This document shows, piece after piece, positions 26,785-35,140 of a DNA stretch of 52,438 bases. The notes under the pieces are model-generated. The model searched no databases and was not told the origin of the DNA. It saw only the letters and a program-made list of their open reading frames with translations. How positions within the stretch are numbered: the stretch's first letter is position 1; the number at the start of each line of letters is the position of its first letter. The position numbers and the translations under genes were made by a program. Origin of the DNA: a virus (taxonomy: Duplodnaviria > Caudoviricetes); IMG/VR virus record IMGVR_UViG_3300016656_000038, positions 1 to 52,438 of that record. One strand, given 5' to 3'.

Positions 26785-27107
26785 AGGTGATCGCACAAAC
26801 TGACGGCGGCTATCTGGTCGAGGCCACGCTGGGCGAACTGGTCCACGTCGCGGGCGAGTCCTACATCAACAAGGTCGACTTCACGAAAGAGGTCCCGGCC
26901 GGTTACGGCAAAAAATGGACGATCCCCATCGGGTCGACCGTCAACGTGTCCGAGCGGTTCAAAATCCTTCAGGCCATGGAAGAGAGCCGCGACCGCGTCA
27001 TGGGCTCCGCCGCCGCCCTGCGCGGTATGGCCGAACTGATCGACAAATCCATCCCGGAGGGCCTGACGCTCCCGCCGGCGCCGAAGGAGGGTCAGGCCGA
27101 TGGCTGA
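26781..27107 (+). CDS. Hypothetical protein
   Basis: ATGA coupling; AAGGAG RBS. Confidence 0.6.
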   Translation: MKVIAQTDGGYLVEATLGELVHVAGESYINKVDFTKEVPAGYGKKWTIPIGSTVNVSERFKILQAMEESRDRVMGSAAALRGMAELIDKSIPEGLTLPPAPKEGQADG

Positions 27108-28173
27108 AGAAACCGGCATCAGCTGGGCCGACATGACCTTTAACCCCTGGATCGGGTGCGCCAAGGTCTCGCCGGCTTGCGACGGCTGCTATGCGGACGC
27201 TCTGATGGGCGCGAGCGGCCGCCACAAGCGGGCCGAATGGGGAGGTCCTGGCGTCGGCGCCGGGACCCGCTCCCGGACCGCCCCGTCGAACTGGGCGCAG
27301 CCTCGCCGCTGGGACAAGAAGGCGGCCGCCGAAGGGACCCGGCCGTTCGTCTTTTGCGCCAGCCTGGCGGACGTCTTCGATAACGAGGTCCCGCACGAAT
27401 GGCGGCGCGATCTCTTCGATCTGATCCGCGCGACCCCGAACCTGACCTGGCTCCTCCTGACGAAGCGGCCGGGAATGATCCTGAAGCTGTTCGAGGAAGC
27501 TTCTCGCATTCAGCCTGACGGGACCCGATGGACGTCCTCGCTCCCGGAGGCTGGGTTCATGTGGCCCCGGAACGCCGCCATCGGATGCACCGTCGTGAAC
27601 CAAGAGGAGGTCGACCGCGACATCCCGAAGTTGATCCGAGCGAAGAACGCGCTCAATCCGGCTTTCGCCTTCCTTTCGATGGAGCCGCTTCTGGGACCGA
27701 TCGATCTCCAGTATCCCGTCGGGGTCTGGCCCTATGGCGAGCCCCGATGCTGCGACGGTCGGGAATGCGGCTGCATGGGCCAGCCGGTCGACCCGCCGCT
27801 CTGGTATGGGATCGACTGGATCATTACCGGAGGCGAGACGTCGCAGGGCGGCCACAAGGCCCGCCCCCAGCATCCCGACTGGTTCCGCTCTCTGCGCGAT
27901 CAGGCCGTCGCCGCTCGGATCGCCTTCCATCACAAACAGAATGGCGAGTTCGCACCCGGCGAGGTTTTGGGTCCGGTGACAGGACCACAGACCGGCCTCT
28001 ATCTCCATGGGGACGGCCGCTGGACCGAAACCCGGTTCACCCGCGAGGCCCTAGAAGGGCTTCACGTCGAGGATGAACCCGACGTCTGGAAGGTCGGGAA
28101 AGAGCGCGCCGGCCGGATGCTGGACGGCCGCGTCTGGGATGAACGCCCGTTTCTGGAGGTCGTCGGACAATGA
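27100..28173 (+). CDS. DUF5131 (phage Gp37/Gp68) family protein
   Basis: ISWADMTFNPWIGCAKVSPACDGCYA, FCASLAD, LLTKRP, SMEPLLGP, WIITGGE. Confidence 0.88.
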   Translation: MAEETGISWADMTFNPWIGCAKVSPACDGCYADALMGASGRHKRAEWGGPGVGAGTRSRTAPSNWAQPRRWDKKAAAEGTRPFVFCASLADVFDNEVPHEWRRDLFDLIRATPNLTWLLLTKRPGMILKLFEEASRIQPDGTRWTSSLPEAGFMWPRNAAIGCTVVNQEEVDRDIPKLIRAKNALNPAFAFLSMEPLLGPIDLQYPVGVWPYGEPRCCDGRECGCMGQPVDPPLWYGIDWIITGGETSQGGHKARPQHPDWFRSLRDQAVAARIAFHHKQNGEFAPGEVLGPVTGPQTGLYLHGDGRWTETRFTREALEGLHVEDEPDVWKVGKERAGRMLDGRVWDERPFLEVVGQ

Positions 28174-28796
28174 CCGAACCCGCTCAACGCTTCCCGCTCC
28201 AATGGCCCCAGCATCGGCCGCGCAAGGTGTCCCAGCAGCGCCGCGCGGGGACTTTCACGGCCGGAGGGAAGGCCATCAGCTTCTCCGCCGCCTGTGACCG
28301 CCTGGAGGACCAGATAACGCGCCTCGGAGGCCAAGACCCGGTCCTCTCGACGAACGTCCCGCTACGGATGGACGGCCGCCCCAAGGTCGACACCCGCGAG
28401 CGGATAGCCGACCCCGGCGTTTGCGTCTGGTTCACCCTGAAGGGGCGTCCGCTGGCGCTCCCATGCGACACCTTCACGACGCCCCAGATGAACGTCGCGG
28501 CCATCGCGGAGCATATCTCGGCTCTCCGTCGACAAGAGGCCTATGGGGTCGCCACCGTCGAGGAGAGCCTTCAGGCCTTCGCGGCGCTCCCCGGGCCGTC
28601 GACTATCGCCTTGGGCGGCCGCGACCGCTGGGCCGTCCTCGGGATCGAGCGCCCCCGAATGGGAAGTCCATCGTCGCGAGGGGTGATCCAGACCGCCTAT
28701 CGCAAGCGCGCGAAGGAGATCGGGACGGATGACCCGATGGCGCTCTCGGAGTTGAACGTCGCGCGGGACCTGGCCCTTCAGGAGTTCCCAGAGTGA
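28170..28796 (+). CDS. Protein with degenerate C-terminal J domain
   Basis: FPLQWP..STNVPLR..DPGVCVWF; WAVLGI..AYRKRAKE(IGTD)..LNVA. Confidence 0.7.
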   Translation: MTEPAQRFPLQWPQHRPRKVSQQRRAGTFTAGGKAISFSAACDRLEDQITRLGGQDPVLSTNVPLRMDGRPKVDTRERIADPGVCVWFTLKGRPLALPCDTFTTPQMNVAAIAEHISALRRQEAYGVATVEESLQAFAALPGPSTIALGGRDRWAVLGIERPRMGSPSSRGVIQTAYRKRAKEIGTDDPMALSELNVARDLALQEFPE

Positions 28797-29002
28797 CGCC
28801 CCGCCAGTGTCGCGCCGCCCGGGCGCTTCTGGGCTGGAAACAGAACCGCCTCGCCTATCAGGCGGGGATCAGCCTCTCGGCCGTCGCCCAGTTCGAGGGC
28901 GGCCAAACGCGGACCTACCCCCGCAACATCGAAGCCATGGAGAGGGCGCTTAACGACGCCGGCGTCCGCTTCATCCGAACCTCTGGAGTAATCGTCCGAT
29001 GA
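28793..29002 (+). CDS. XRE-family HTH regulator
   Basis: QCRAARALLGWKQ..LA..AGIS..AVAQFE. Confidence 0.85.
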   Translation: MTPRQCRAARALLGWKQNRLAYQAGISLSAVAQFEGGQTRTYPRNIEAMERALNDAGVRFIRTSGVIVR

Positions 29003-29589
29003 AGGCCGCCTACATCCTCTTTTCCGGGTCGATGATCTGCGCCTTGCGCGCCGGATCGAAGACCCAGACCCGCCGGACGGCCGCGCCGCGCTGGGAGCCC
29101 GGCGACCTCTTGGTCGTCCGGGAGGCCTTCCAGCTTCTCCAACCGCTGGATAACCAGAAGCCGTCGATAATGATGCGCCAGACGCCGATCCACTACATGG
29201 CCGACGGCAAGGCTCCGGCGGGATACGGAAAGGGGCGGCCGTCGATCCATATGCCGCGCCTCGCCTCCCGCCTGACGCTCCGGGTCCAAGAGGTCCGGGC
29301 GGAGCCGCTTCTGGAGATCAGCGAAGCCGACGCCATCGCGGAGGGGATCACAGTCGAACAGGTCATCCTCGGCGCCGACTGTCCAGGCGGAGTTCATCGC
29401 GAGATCACCGGGGAGCGGGCCTTCTATCCTGGATGTCCCGAGGAAGGTTTCGAAGACCCCGAGGAGGCCTACTTCCATCTCTGGGATCACATCAACGGCG
29501 AGGGGGCGAGCGCCGCCAACCCCCAGGTCTTCGCGACCACCTTCGAGGTCATCGAGAAGAACGTCGACGACGTCCTGAAGGCCGCATAG
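28999..29589 (+). CDS. ASCH/PUA-like protein
   Basis: GSKTQTRR, GDLLVVREAF, PSIHMPR, ISEADAIAEG. Confidence 0.78.
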   Translation: MKAAYILFSGSMICALRAGSKTQTRRTAAPRWEPGDLLVVREAFQLLQPLDNQKPSIMMRQTPIHYMADGKAPAGYGKGRPSIHMPRLASRLTLRVQEVRAEPLLEISEADAIAEGITVEQVILGADCPGGVHREITGERAFYPGCPEEGFEDPEEAYFHLWDHINGEGASAANPQVFATTFEVIEKNVDDVLKAA

Positions 29590-29618
29590 GGAAACGGATC
29601 GGCCCAGACGAGAAACAG

Positions 29619-29652
29619 AAAGGCCCCCCGGCGGAAAGCTGGGGGGCCTTTT
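29619..29652. terminator. Bidirectional terminator between convergent units
   Basis: AAAGGCCCCCCGGC-GGAAA-GCTGGGGGGCCTTTT. Confidence 0.8.
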
Positions 29653-29686
29653 GATATGGCCTCGACCCGAAGGGAGGCCCGGGGAT

Positions 29687-29763
29687 TGGGTGCGGGGGGG
29701 AGATTTGAACTCCCGACCTTCGGGTTATGAACCCAACGCGCTACCGAACTGCGCTACCCCGCC
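29687..29763 (-). tRNA. tRNA-Met(CAT), initiator-like
   Basis: 77-nt cloverleaf, anticodon loop UUCAUAA, three G-C pairs in the anticodon stem, 1:72 mismatch, encoded CCA. Confidence 0.9.
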
Positions 29764-29771
29764 AGGACCGT

Positions 29772-30098
29772 TTAAGGCGGTCCTGAAGGTTGGGTCAATC
29801 GGATGGATGTCCTCGCAGCATCCACCCTGGCCCAACCGTCTCTCGCCCAGTCGGGATAGGTCACGGTGAACCACTCCCACCAGGCCTTAGCCCCGTCTTC
29901 GCCCAGAGCGCCCGTCAGGAACCCCAGGAAGCCCTCGACCGACAACCCGGCCGGCATGGCCGGTTCGGACCTACTGGGCGCGACCAGCGCGGCCGGCATC
30001 AGCGCCGCCGGGCTTGTAGGCGCCGCTCCCGAATAGCCCGGAGAGGTCGGTTTCGCCGTCGCGCAGGCCGCCAGGGCCAGAGACGCCGCTAGGGCCAT
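29772..30098 (-). CDS. o-spanin (Rz1-like lipoprotein)
   Basis: Lipobox LAAC, Pro-rich; overlaps the i-spanin gene. Confidence 0.7.
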   Translation of the reverse strand: MALAASLALAACATAKPTSPGYSGAAPTSPAALMPAALVAPSRSEPAMPAGLSVEGFLGFLTGALGEDGAKAWWEWFTVTYPDWARDGWARVDAARTSIRLTQPSGPP

Positions 30099-30513
30099 GA
30101 TCGCCGTTCTGTTGGGACGCAAGGTTCCCTCCGCATCGCTGAAGGCCAACGGCGCGGCCGGCCGCGTAGCCTTGGTTAAAGGCGGCGCCGGAAGCGGCCG
30201 CCCGTTGATCCGAGGCGCGCGTTACCGCGTCGGCCGCGTCGGATTGTTCCTTGAGACGCTGGGCCTCGCATTGACCAGCCGCGCTCTTCCAGCCGTCACG
30301 CGAGACCTCGGTCTGATGAAGCCGGGCCTTCCAGCCGGTTATCGGCGCCTCGATCCGTTCCTCCAGCTGGGCGCGCTTCGCCTCCAGGCCCCAAGGCGAC
30401 AGATGCTCCCAAGCGATGGTCCCGGCCGCACCGGCGGCGATCAGGACCGCGCTCCCCCCGAGGGCCGCCGCGAGGCGCCTCGCCGGAGAGAGGGCCAGCA
30501 GGGCGGCGATCAT
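29971..30513 (-). CDS. i-spanin (Rz-like)
   Basis: N-terminal TM plus coiled coil; follows endolysin. Confidence 0.7.
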   Translation of the reverse strand: MIAALLALSPARRLAAALGGSAVLIAAGAAGTIAWEHLSPWGLEAKRAQLEERIEAPITGWKARLHQTEVSRDGWKSAAGQCEAQRLKEQSDAADAVTRASDQRAAASGAAFNQGYAAGRAVGLQRCGGNLASQQNGDHGPSGVSGPGGLRDGETDLSGLFGSGAYKPGGADAGRAGRAQ

Positions 30514-31196
30514 CGGCCGCCCGCCGCGCGATAGGCCGCCGCCAGCTTCACGTCATAGGCGTTCTTCTTGTAGCCGGTGCCGTTGTAGCCGCGCGCGAAC
30601 GTCGCCCAGTCATGGCGGGCGAGAGGCGCTTGGAGACCCTTCGCGATCAGGAAGCGTTCGAACGCCTGAAGCTGGGTCGCTTCGTCGCGCGCCATGGCGA
30701 CCGCGAACTCGAAGGCCGAGCCATAGCCGCACATCCGATGGTTCTCGCCCATGATCTGGAACCGACCGTAGCTGGCCGAACCGAAGCCCGCGTCGACGTC
30801 GAGGCGGACCATCTGAATGAGGACATCGTATCGGCCCTCTTGGGTTTTGGGATACGGGCGCGAACCCCAGACCGGATAGGAGATCGCCGGATGGGTCTTG
30901 TCGAACCGGCCCTTCGTCGCCTTCGAGAACCGATGCGGCTCCGGGAGGATTTTGGGGAACCCATTCTGGAAGCCCGCCCCGTTCGCCTCGACCTGGTCGA
31001 CGGCGATCATCGAGGGGACGTCGATCCCGAGCCGACCAGCGGCGGCCGCGAGGTCGGCCGACGTCAGCTTCGTGTCCGGGCCGTCTTCAAGGGCCGTCAG
31101 GATAGCGGCGCGGGTTCGGGCGCCCCAGAGGCCATCCAGCGGGCCAGGGTCGCGGCCGGAGTTCTTAAGTCGGGTCTGAAGTTCGAGAAGGTCCAT
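30510..31196 (-). CDS. Endolysin, N-acetylmuramidase (DUF3380) with peptidoglycan-binding domain
   Basis: DGLWGART, VEANG, SASYGRFQIMGEN, FARGYNG. Confidence 0.9.
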   Translation of the reverse strand: MDLLELQTRLKNSGRDPGPLDGLWGARTRAAILTALEDGPDTKLTSADLAAAAGRLGIDVPSMIAVDQVEANGAGFQNGFPKILPEPHRFSKATKGRFDKTHPAISYPVWGSRPYPKTQEGRYDVLIQMVRLDVDAGFGSASYGRFQIMGENHRMCGYGSAFEFAVAMARDEATQLQAFERFLIAKGLQAPLARHDWATFARGYNGTGYKKNAYDVKLAAAYRAAGGR

Positions 31197-31512
31197 CGGA
31201 GGCTCCGTCCGGCCCCGGGGTTGGCGCCGTCGTCATGGGGCCGGAGGCTGCGACGGTCTGGGCGAGGGCGGCCGAAGTAGCGGCCGTTTGCGTTGCGGTC
31301 TGGCCCATCTGATCGCCCAAGCGGTCGACCGAGCGCTGGGTCCAGCGTTCCTTGATGGCGCCGACGATCAGCGTCAGAACGACCAGATAGGCCGAGGGGT
31401 CGAAAGGCTTCTCGGTCGTCTGGGTGAAGTGACCGATCCCCATCAGGGCGATCACCCCGACGGCTATCGCGGCCAGAAGGCCAATCTCGCTGTTGTGGTC
31501 GCGGGGCGTCAT
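31165..31512 (-). CDS. Putative holin
   Basis: Two hydrophobic segments; directly upstream of endolysin. Confidence 0.55.
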   Translation of the reverse strand: MTPRDHNSEIGLLAAIAVGVIALMGIGHFTQTTEKPFDPSAYLVVLTLIVGAIKERWTQRSVDRLGDQMGQTATQTAATSAALAQTVAASGPMTTAPTPGPDGASDGPSRTSDPT

Positions 31513-31545
31513 GGCCGGGAAGGTCGCATGGCGCGATGCATCCGT

Positions 31546-32028
31546 CTAGGGGAGCGAGCGGAGGGTCTGGGCTGCGTCCAGAACGACCTCGGGTCCCTCT
31601 AAGGGAGCGGCGACCAGAAGGCCATCGGCGGCCAGTTTCGCGAGGACGGTCCCTTGGGGTCCGGCTTTGGACAACCGTTTGGCCCGTTCGACCCGGGCCT
31701 GGAGGCGGCGCCAGAGGCCTTCGTCCAGCCGCAGGGACATGATGGCCGACAGAAGGAAGGTCAGGAAGAAGGCCAAGGCGCCCGCGCTCGCCAGTCGGCC
31801 GATGACTTGGTCCAGCGGCATCATGGGGATGGCGTCCAGTTGGGCCGCCCGGAGCGTGAAGAAGCCATGGCCCGCAAGGATCGTCGTCAGGACGCGGGCG
31901 GCCCAAATGAGTTTCTTCGATACGCAGGGGAACCGGCCGCTATTCGGACCCAAGGCGATCTCGATCAGCCCAAGGGCGGCGGCGGAGGTCAGGATCAGTC
32001 CTCCCAGGATGTATCCGAAGGCCATCAT
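31546..32028 (-). CDS. Membrane protein (lysis region)
   Basis: About three hydrophobic segments. Confidence 0.55.
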   Translation of the reverse strand: MMAFGYILGGLILTSAAALGLIEIALGPNSGRFPCVSKKLIWAARVLTTILAGHGFFTLRAAQLDAIPMMPLDQVIGRLASAGALAFFLTFLLSAIMSLRLDEGLWRRLQARVERAKRLSKAGPQGTVLAKLAADGLLVAAPLEGPEVVLDAAQTLRSLP

Positions 32029-32381
32029 GCGCTCTTCTCGTTTCCCAAGGTGTCCACTCGATCACCGATCTTCTTCAACAATCGCGGCAAGAGATAGTTC
32101 GAGACCCACCCCACGGTCAATGCGACGGCGATCTGGTCGGGCTCTAGCCGGAAGTTGACGCCGTTCACATTCACGCCAGCGTCGAGAACTCCGACCAGCG
32201 GCCGGGTGATGCCGGCGGCCGCGATCCCGCCGGTCGTCAGCGCCACGATGAACTCGACCACCGCGCGAATCCGTTGCGGTTTCGTCGAGGCGTCATTCCA
32301 CAGTCCGAGGATCAGGGCGTTGGCCGCGTAGATGAAAGAGCCGGCCGCCCCCCATCCGAACAGCGCCAAAATCCCGAGCAT
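32025..32381 (-). CDS. Membrane protein (holin-like)
   Basis: About three hydrophobic segments, basic C-terminus. Confidence 0.55.
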   Translation of the reverse strand: MLGILALFGWGAAGSFIYAANALILGLWNDASTKPQRIRAVVEFIVALTTGGIAAAGITRPLVGVLDAGVNVNGVNFRLEPDQIAVALTVGWVSNYLLPRLLKKIGDRVDTLGNEKSA

Positions 32382-32486
32382 GGAAACTTCCCCACGACGG
32401 GCGAAGCCCCGACGCCCCTATATCGCCATCATCGAGAAGATGCACAACCCAATCAACGCCGTCTGCGCGCGCCGGGCTTCTTCCGT

Positions 32487-32930
32487 TCAGCCTTGCGGAT
32501 GGCGAGGAAGACCCAGAGCCCGGGGATTACCCAGCTGAACGCCAAGGCGGCGGAGAGGAGATTCCAGAACATCGATCATCCCGGGAAGGGCCACGGCGAA
32601 CAGTTCAACCGCGAATAGCACGTTGAGGATGATCTGGCGCGACCTCGGGAGGTCGAAGAACGTCATGTGGGTGATCAGTTGCAGGAAGAACGCGAGCCCG
32701 AGGATTTCGACCCAGCGGCCGCGATGATCCATTCGGACCAGCAGGGCCGCATAAAAGCCCGCCGCGTCGACCCAAGGGTCCAACCATGGGTCGGTCATGT
32801 TCGCCAAGCCCCAGAAGCCGAGAAGCATCAGGGCCATGCGGAAGGACGGATGGCGCCGCCCCTTCGTCAGAAAGGACAGCGCCACCACCACCAGGGCCGC
32901 GACTAGGAAGCTGATCGCGACCCAAGGCAT
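32487..32930 (-). CDS. Multi-pass membrane protein
   Basis: MPWVAISFLV...; TGATG coupling. Confidence 0.55.
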   Translation of the reverse strand: MPWVAISFLVAALVVVALSFLTKGRRHPSFRMALMLLGFWGLANMTDPWLDPWVDAAGFYAALLVRMDHRGRWVEILGLAFFLQLITHMTFFDLPRSRQIILNVLFAVELFAVALPGMIDVLESPLRRLGVQLGNPRALGLPRHPQG

Positions 32931-33175
32931 CAGCCGGCGCTCGGCTGGTCGCTGGCGGGCTTCTCTTCGCCGCCCGAGAACGACGCGGCGACGTCGGCGC
33001 CGGCGTTTCGGGCCTCCAGATAGTCCGCGCGCGCGGCCTCGCACTTCTGATGAAGGTCGGCCTCCAGGTCGAGAAGCGTCTGGTCGCCGTTCGCCTGGGC
33101 GTGTGCCTTGATCGCGTTCAGGCCCTCACGGATGGCCGCGACGTGATCGGCGGCCTTGTTGAGTTCGTCTTCCAT
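32930..33175 (-). CDS. Hypothetical protein
   Basis: AGAGG RBS. Confidence 0.6.
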   Translation of the reverse strand: MEDELNKAADHVAAIREGLNAIKAHAQANGDQTLLDLEADLHQKCEAARADYLEARNAGADVAASFSGGEEKPASDQPSAG

Positions 33176-33246
33176 GATGTCCTCTTGTTCCCCCGCCCGG
33201 ATCGGCGGGCGCGCGGAAAGTGACGTGCGACCCGGTCGCAGGCAAG

Positions 33247-33277
33247 AAAAAACCCCCGCCGGGGAGACGGGGGCTTT
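33247..33277 (-). terminator. Intrinsic terminator
   Basis: GCCCCCGTC/GGCGGGGGT stem followed by a T run. Confidence 0.75.
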
Positions 33278-33294
33278 CGGGATACTGAAGCGCT

Positions 33295-33591
33295 TCAGGC
33301 TTCAGGCGGCGGGCTGTTCAAGGCGATCAGCGACCGGACCTTGTCGTTCATGGTCATCAGCAAGTCCGCGCCCGTCAGGGCCATGGATTGAAGATGCGGC
33401 TCGAAGGTTCCGAGCGTCTGGGCGTTGTCGCGGAACAGCTTCGCGATCTCCGGCAGGGCGTCGCCGCCGATGCCCGCGTCGACGAAGGGCTTCAGAAGCG
33501 CCAGATTGGCTTCCTTGGCCTTGGCGGCCGCCTCCGCGTCAGCCTTGGCGACCTTCGCCCGCATGACCTCGATGTCGTCTTTGTCGGCCAT
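33295..33591 (-). CDS. Hypothetical protein
   Basis: TGATG coupling. Confidence 0.6.
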   Translation of the reverse strand: MADKDDIEVMRAKVAKADAEAAAKAKEANLALLKPFVDAGIGGDALPEIAKLFRDNAQTLGTFEPHLQSMALTGADLLMTMNDKVRSLIALNSPPPEA

Positions 33592-34064
33592 CAGTTGCTC
33601 CCTTTCGCGATGGATTTGTCGACCGCGTCCATGTTCGCGTCGGTCGGATCGACGTCAACGGATATTTCCTGGCCGTCGTGGCGACGGAAATAGACCCGAA
33701 GGATGCGGGGGGTTCCGTCGAAGTCCTTCAGGACGCTTGTTTCATAGCCCGTCGGGGAGCCGTCCGCGATAAACGACAGGTCGCCGCCGCTCTGGAGCGT
33801 GATCCATTCGGGGCGAGGGGCGGCCTTCTTAAGCCTGATCTTCGGCGCGTGATCCAGGTTGGACTCCATGACGGCCCGAACTTCGCGCGAGGTCATTGCG
33901 AGCAGGAAGGACGTCGCGCCCCTGAAGCTGGTCACGATCAGCGAGAGGGCCTTTTGGTCGTCCTCGCCCTTCTTGAGGTAGGTCGCCGCCATGATGGCGG
34001 TTATCGATCCGGCCGGGAGGTTCAGGACCTCGCCGTCGGCCTTCGTCAGGCGGATATTTGACAT
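33591..34064 (-). CDS. Hypothetical protein
   Basis: GAGGGAG RBS; start MSNIRL. Confidence 0.6.
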   Translation of the reverse strand: MSNIRLTKADGEVLNLPAGSITAIMAATYLKKGEDDQKALSLIVTSFRGATSFLLAMTSREVRAVMESNLDHAPKIRLKKAAPRPEWITLQSGGDLSFIADGSPTGYETSVLKDFDGTPRILRVYFRRHDGQEISVDVDPTDANMDAVDKSIAKGSN

Positions 34065-34129
34065 TGTGTGATCTCCCTCGGGTCTGGCGTAACCCGGTGA
34101 TGACGGTATGGCCGAAGGCGCATCGGCCG

Positions 34130-34852
34130 TCAAAGGCCCGAGACGTCGACCAGAAGGATCGTCGCCTTCATGTCCTGGAGGCGCCAGCCCGTCGGATAAC
34201 TGTTCCCGTCCTTCTGAAGCGCGGCGATGCGAGAGGGTTGTCCGAACCCGGTCGAATCCGGCGCCCCCCACATGGCCCGAGCCTCCAGCCATCGCCAAGC
34301 GCCGCTGACAGACGTCTCCGAACCGGACTGGACCGCGCCAAACGGACGACCGACACAAACCGCCCAGTCGCCCGCCCGCCCGGCATCGACGCGCGCCAGG
34401 TTGCCGTCATTGATGAACGCCTCGATTTTCATCGGCCGGCCGGCGCTGGACCAGGACATCAAGCCGTCGTCGTTCTTCGCCCAGGCGCCATAGGTTTCGG
34501 GGTTGCCGGCCGGTCGACCGAACGCCCACCAATCCACAATCGGGAGGGTTCCGTCGTTCAAGCCAGATGCCACGAACTCGACCGACCGCGTCTCGCCGCC
34601 GATTTCGTCCCAGACCCCGACGGGGCGATCATTGTATCTTGCCCTGAAGGCGTAGAAGCGCGCGCCGGGGACCGTGACGAAAGGGTCTGAACTGGCTCGC
34701 CAGATGTTATTATAGGACGGCGCCGTCGAGGACGACTGGCGCTGGTTGAGCGTCTTTGACCCCTTGGCGAGGAAAGCAGCCGTCACCGATCCGGTGTTGT
34801 TGACCTGGGGGTTTCCGGCGTTGCCGAAAAGCTGGACGCCGAAGTCGGCCAT
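34130..34852 (-). CDS. Tail-tip accessory protein
   Basis: MADFGVQLF N-terminus typical of post-J tail proteins. Confidence 0.55.
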   Translation of the reverse strand: MADFGVQLFGNAGNPQVNNTGSVTAAFLAKGSKTLNQRQSSSTAPSYNNIWRASSDPFVTVPGARFYAFRARYNDRPVGVWDEIGGETRSVEFVASGLNDGTLPIVDWWAFGRPAGNPETYGAWAKNDDGLMSWSSAGRPMKIEAFINDGNLARVDAGRAGDWAVCVGRPFGAVQSGSETSVSGAWRWLEARAMWGAPDSTGFGQPSRIAALQKDGNSYPTGWRLQDMKATILLVDVSGL

Positions 34853-35140
34853 CTAGCGGGCTCCATAGAAAACGGTGAAGCCCAAGGCGACCGGACCTTG
34901 CCAGTCCCACCGGGCCGTCGAGGCGTTGAAGATGATCGACGGCCGGTCGTAGAAGTCCGCGCCGCCGCTCACCTGGACCAGATAGAAGATTGAACGGCCG
35001 GCGATAGAGGCGTCCTGGAAAAACCCCGTCCCCTGTCCGCCGGCCACCGTAAACGACCCCTTAAAGAGACCGGCCCGAATATTCGGTCCCATGGTCTCCC
35101 GACTGAAGTCGTCCCAGGTCTGGGCTCCCCAGTCGGCCAT
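34853..35140 (-). CDS. Tail-tip accessory protein
   Basis: MADWGAQTWD; coupled to the J-like gene. Confidence 0.55.
   Translation of the reverse strand: MADWGAQTWDDFSRETMGPNIRAGLFKGSFTVAGGQGTGFFQDASIAGRSIFYLVQVSGGADFYDRPSIIFNASTARWDWQGPVALGFTVFYGAR

Noticed and set aside
29653-29686. Theta/HDV-like ribozyme 3' of the tRNA
   Set aside because: Only a simple GGCCTC/GAGGCC hairpin before the terminator; no nested pseudoknot could be drawn
29687-29763. tRNA as a prophage attachment site
   Set aside because: The tRNA is full length, internal to the circle and not duplicated, and there is no integrase
34070-34130. CGGGTT-ACGCCA-GACCCG hairpin (minus strand) as another leader copy
   Set aside because: The loop differs and ATCGAGAC is absent; at most a degenerate copy
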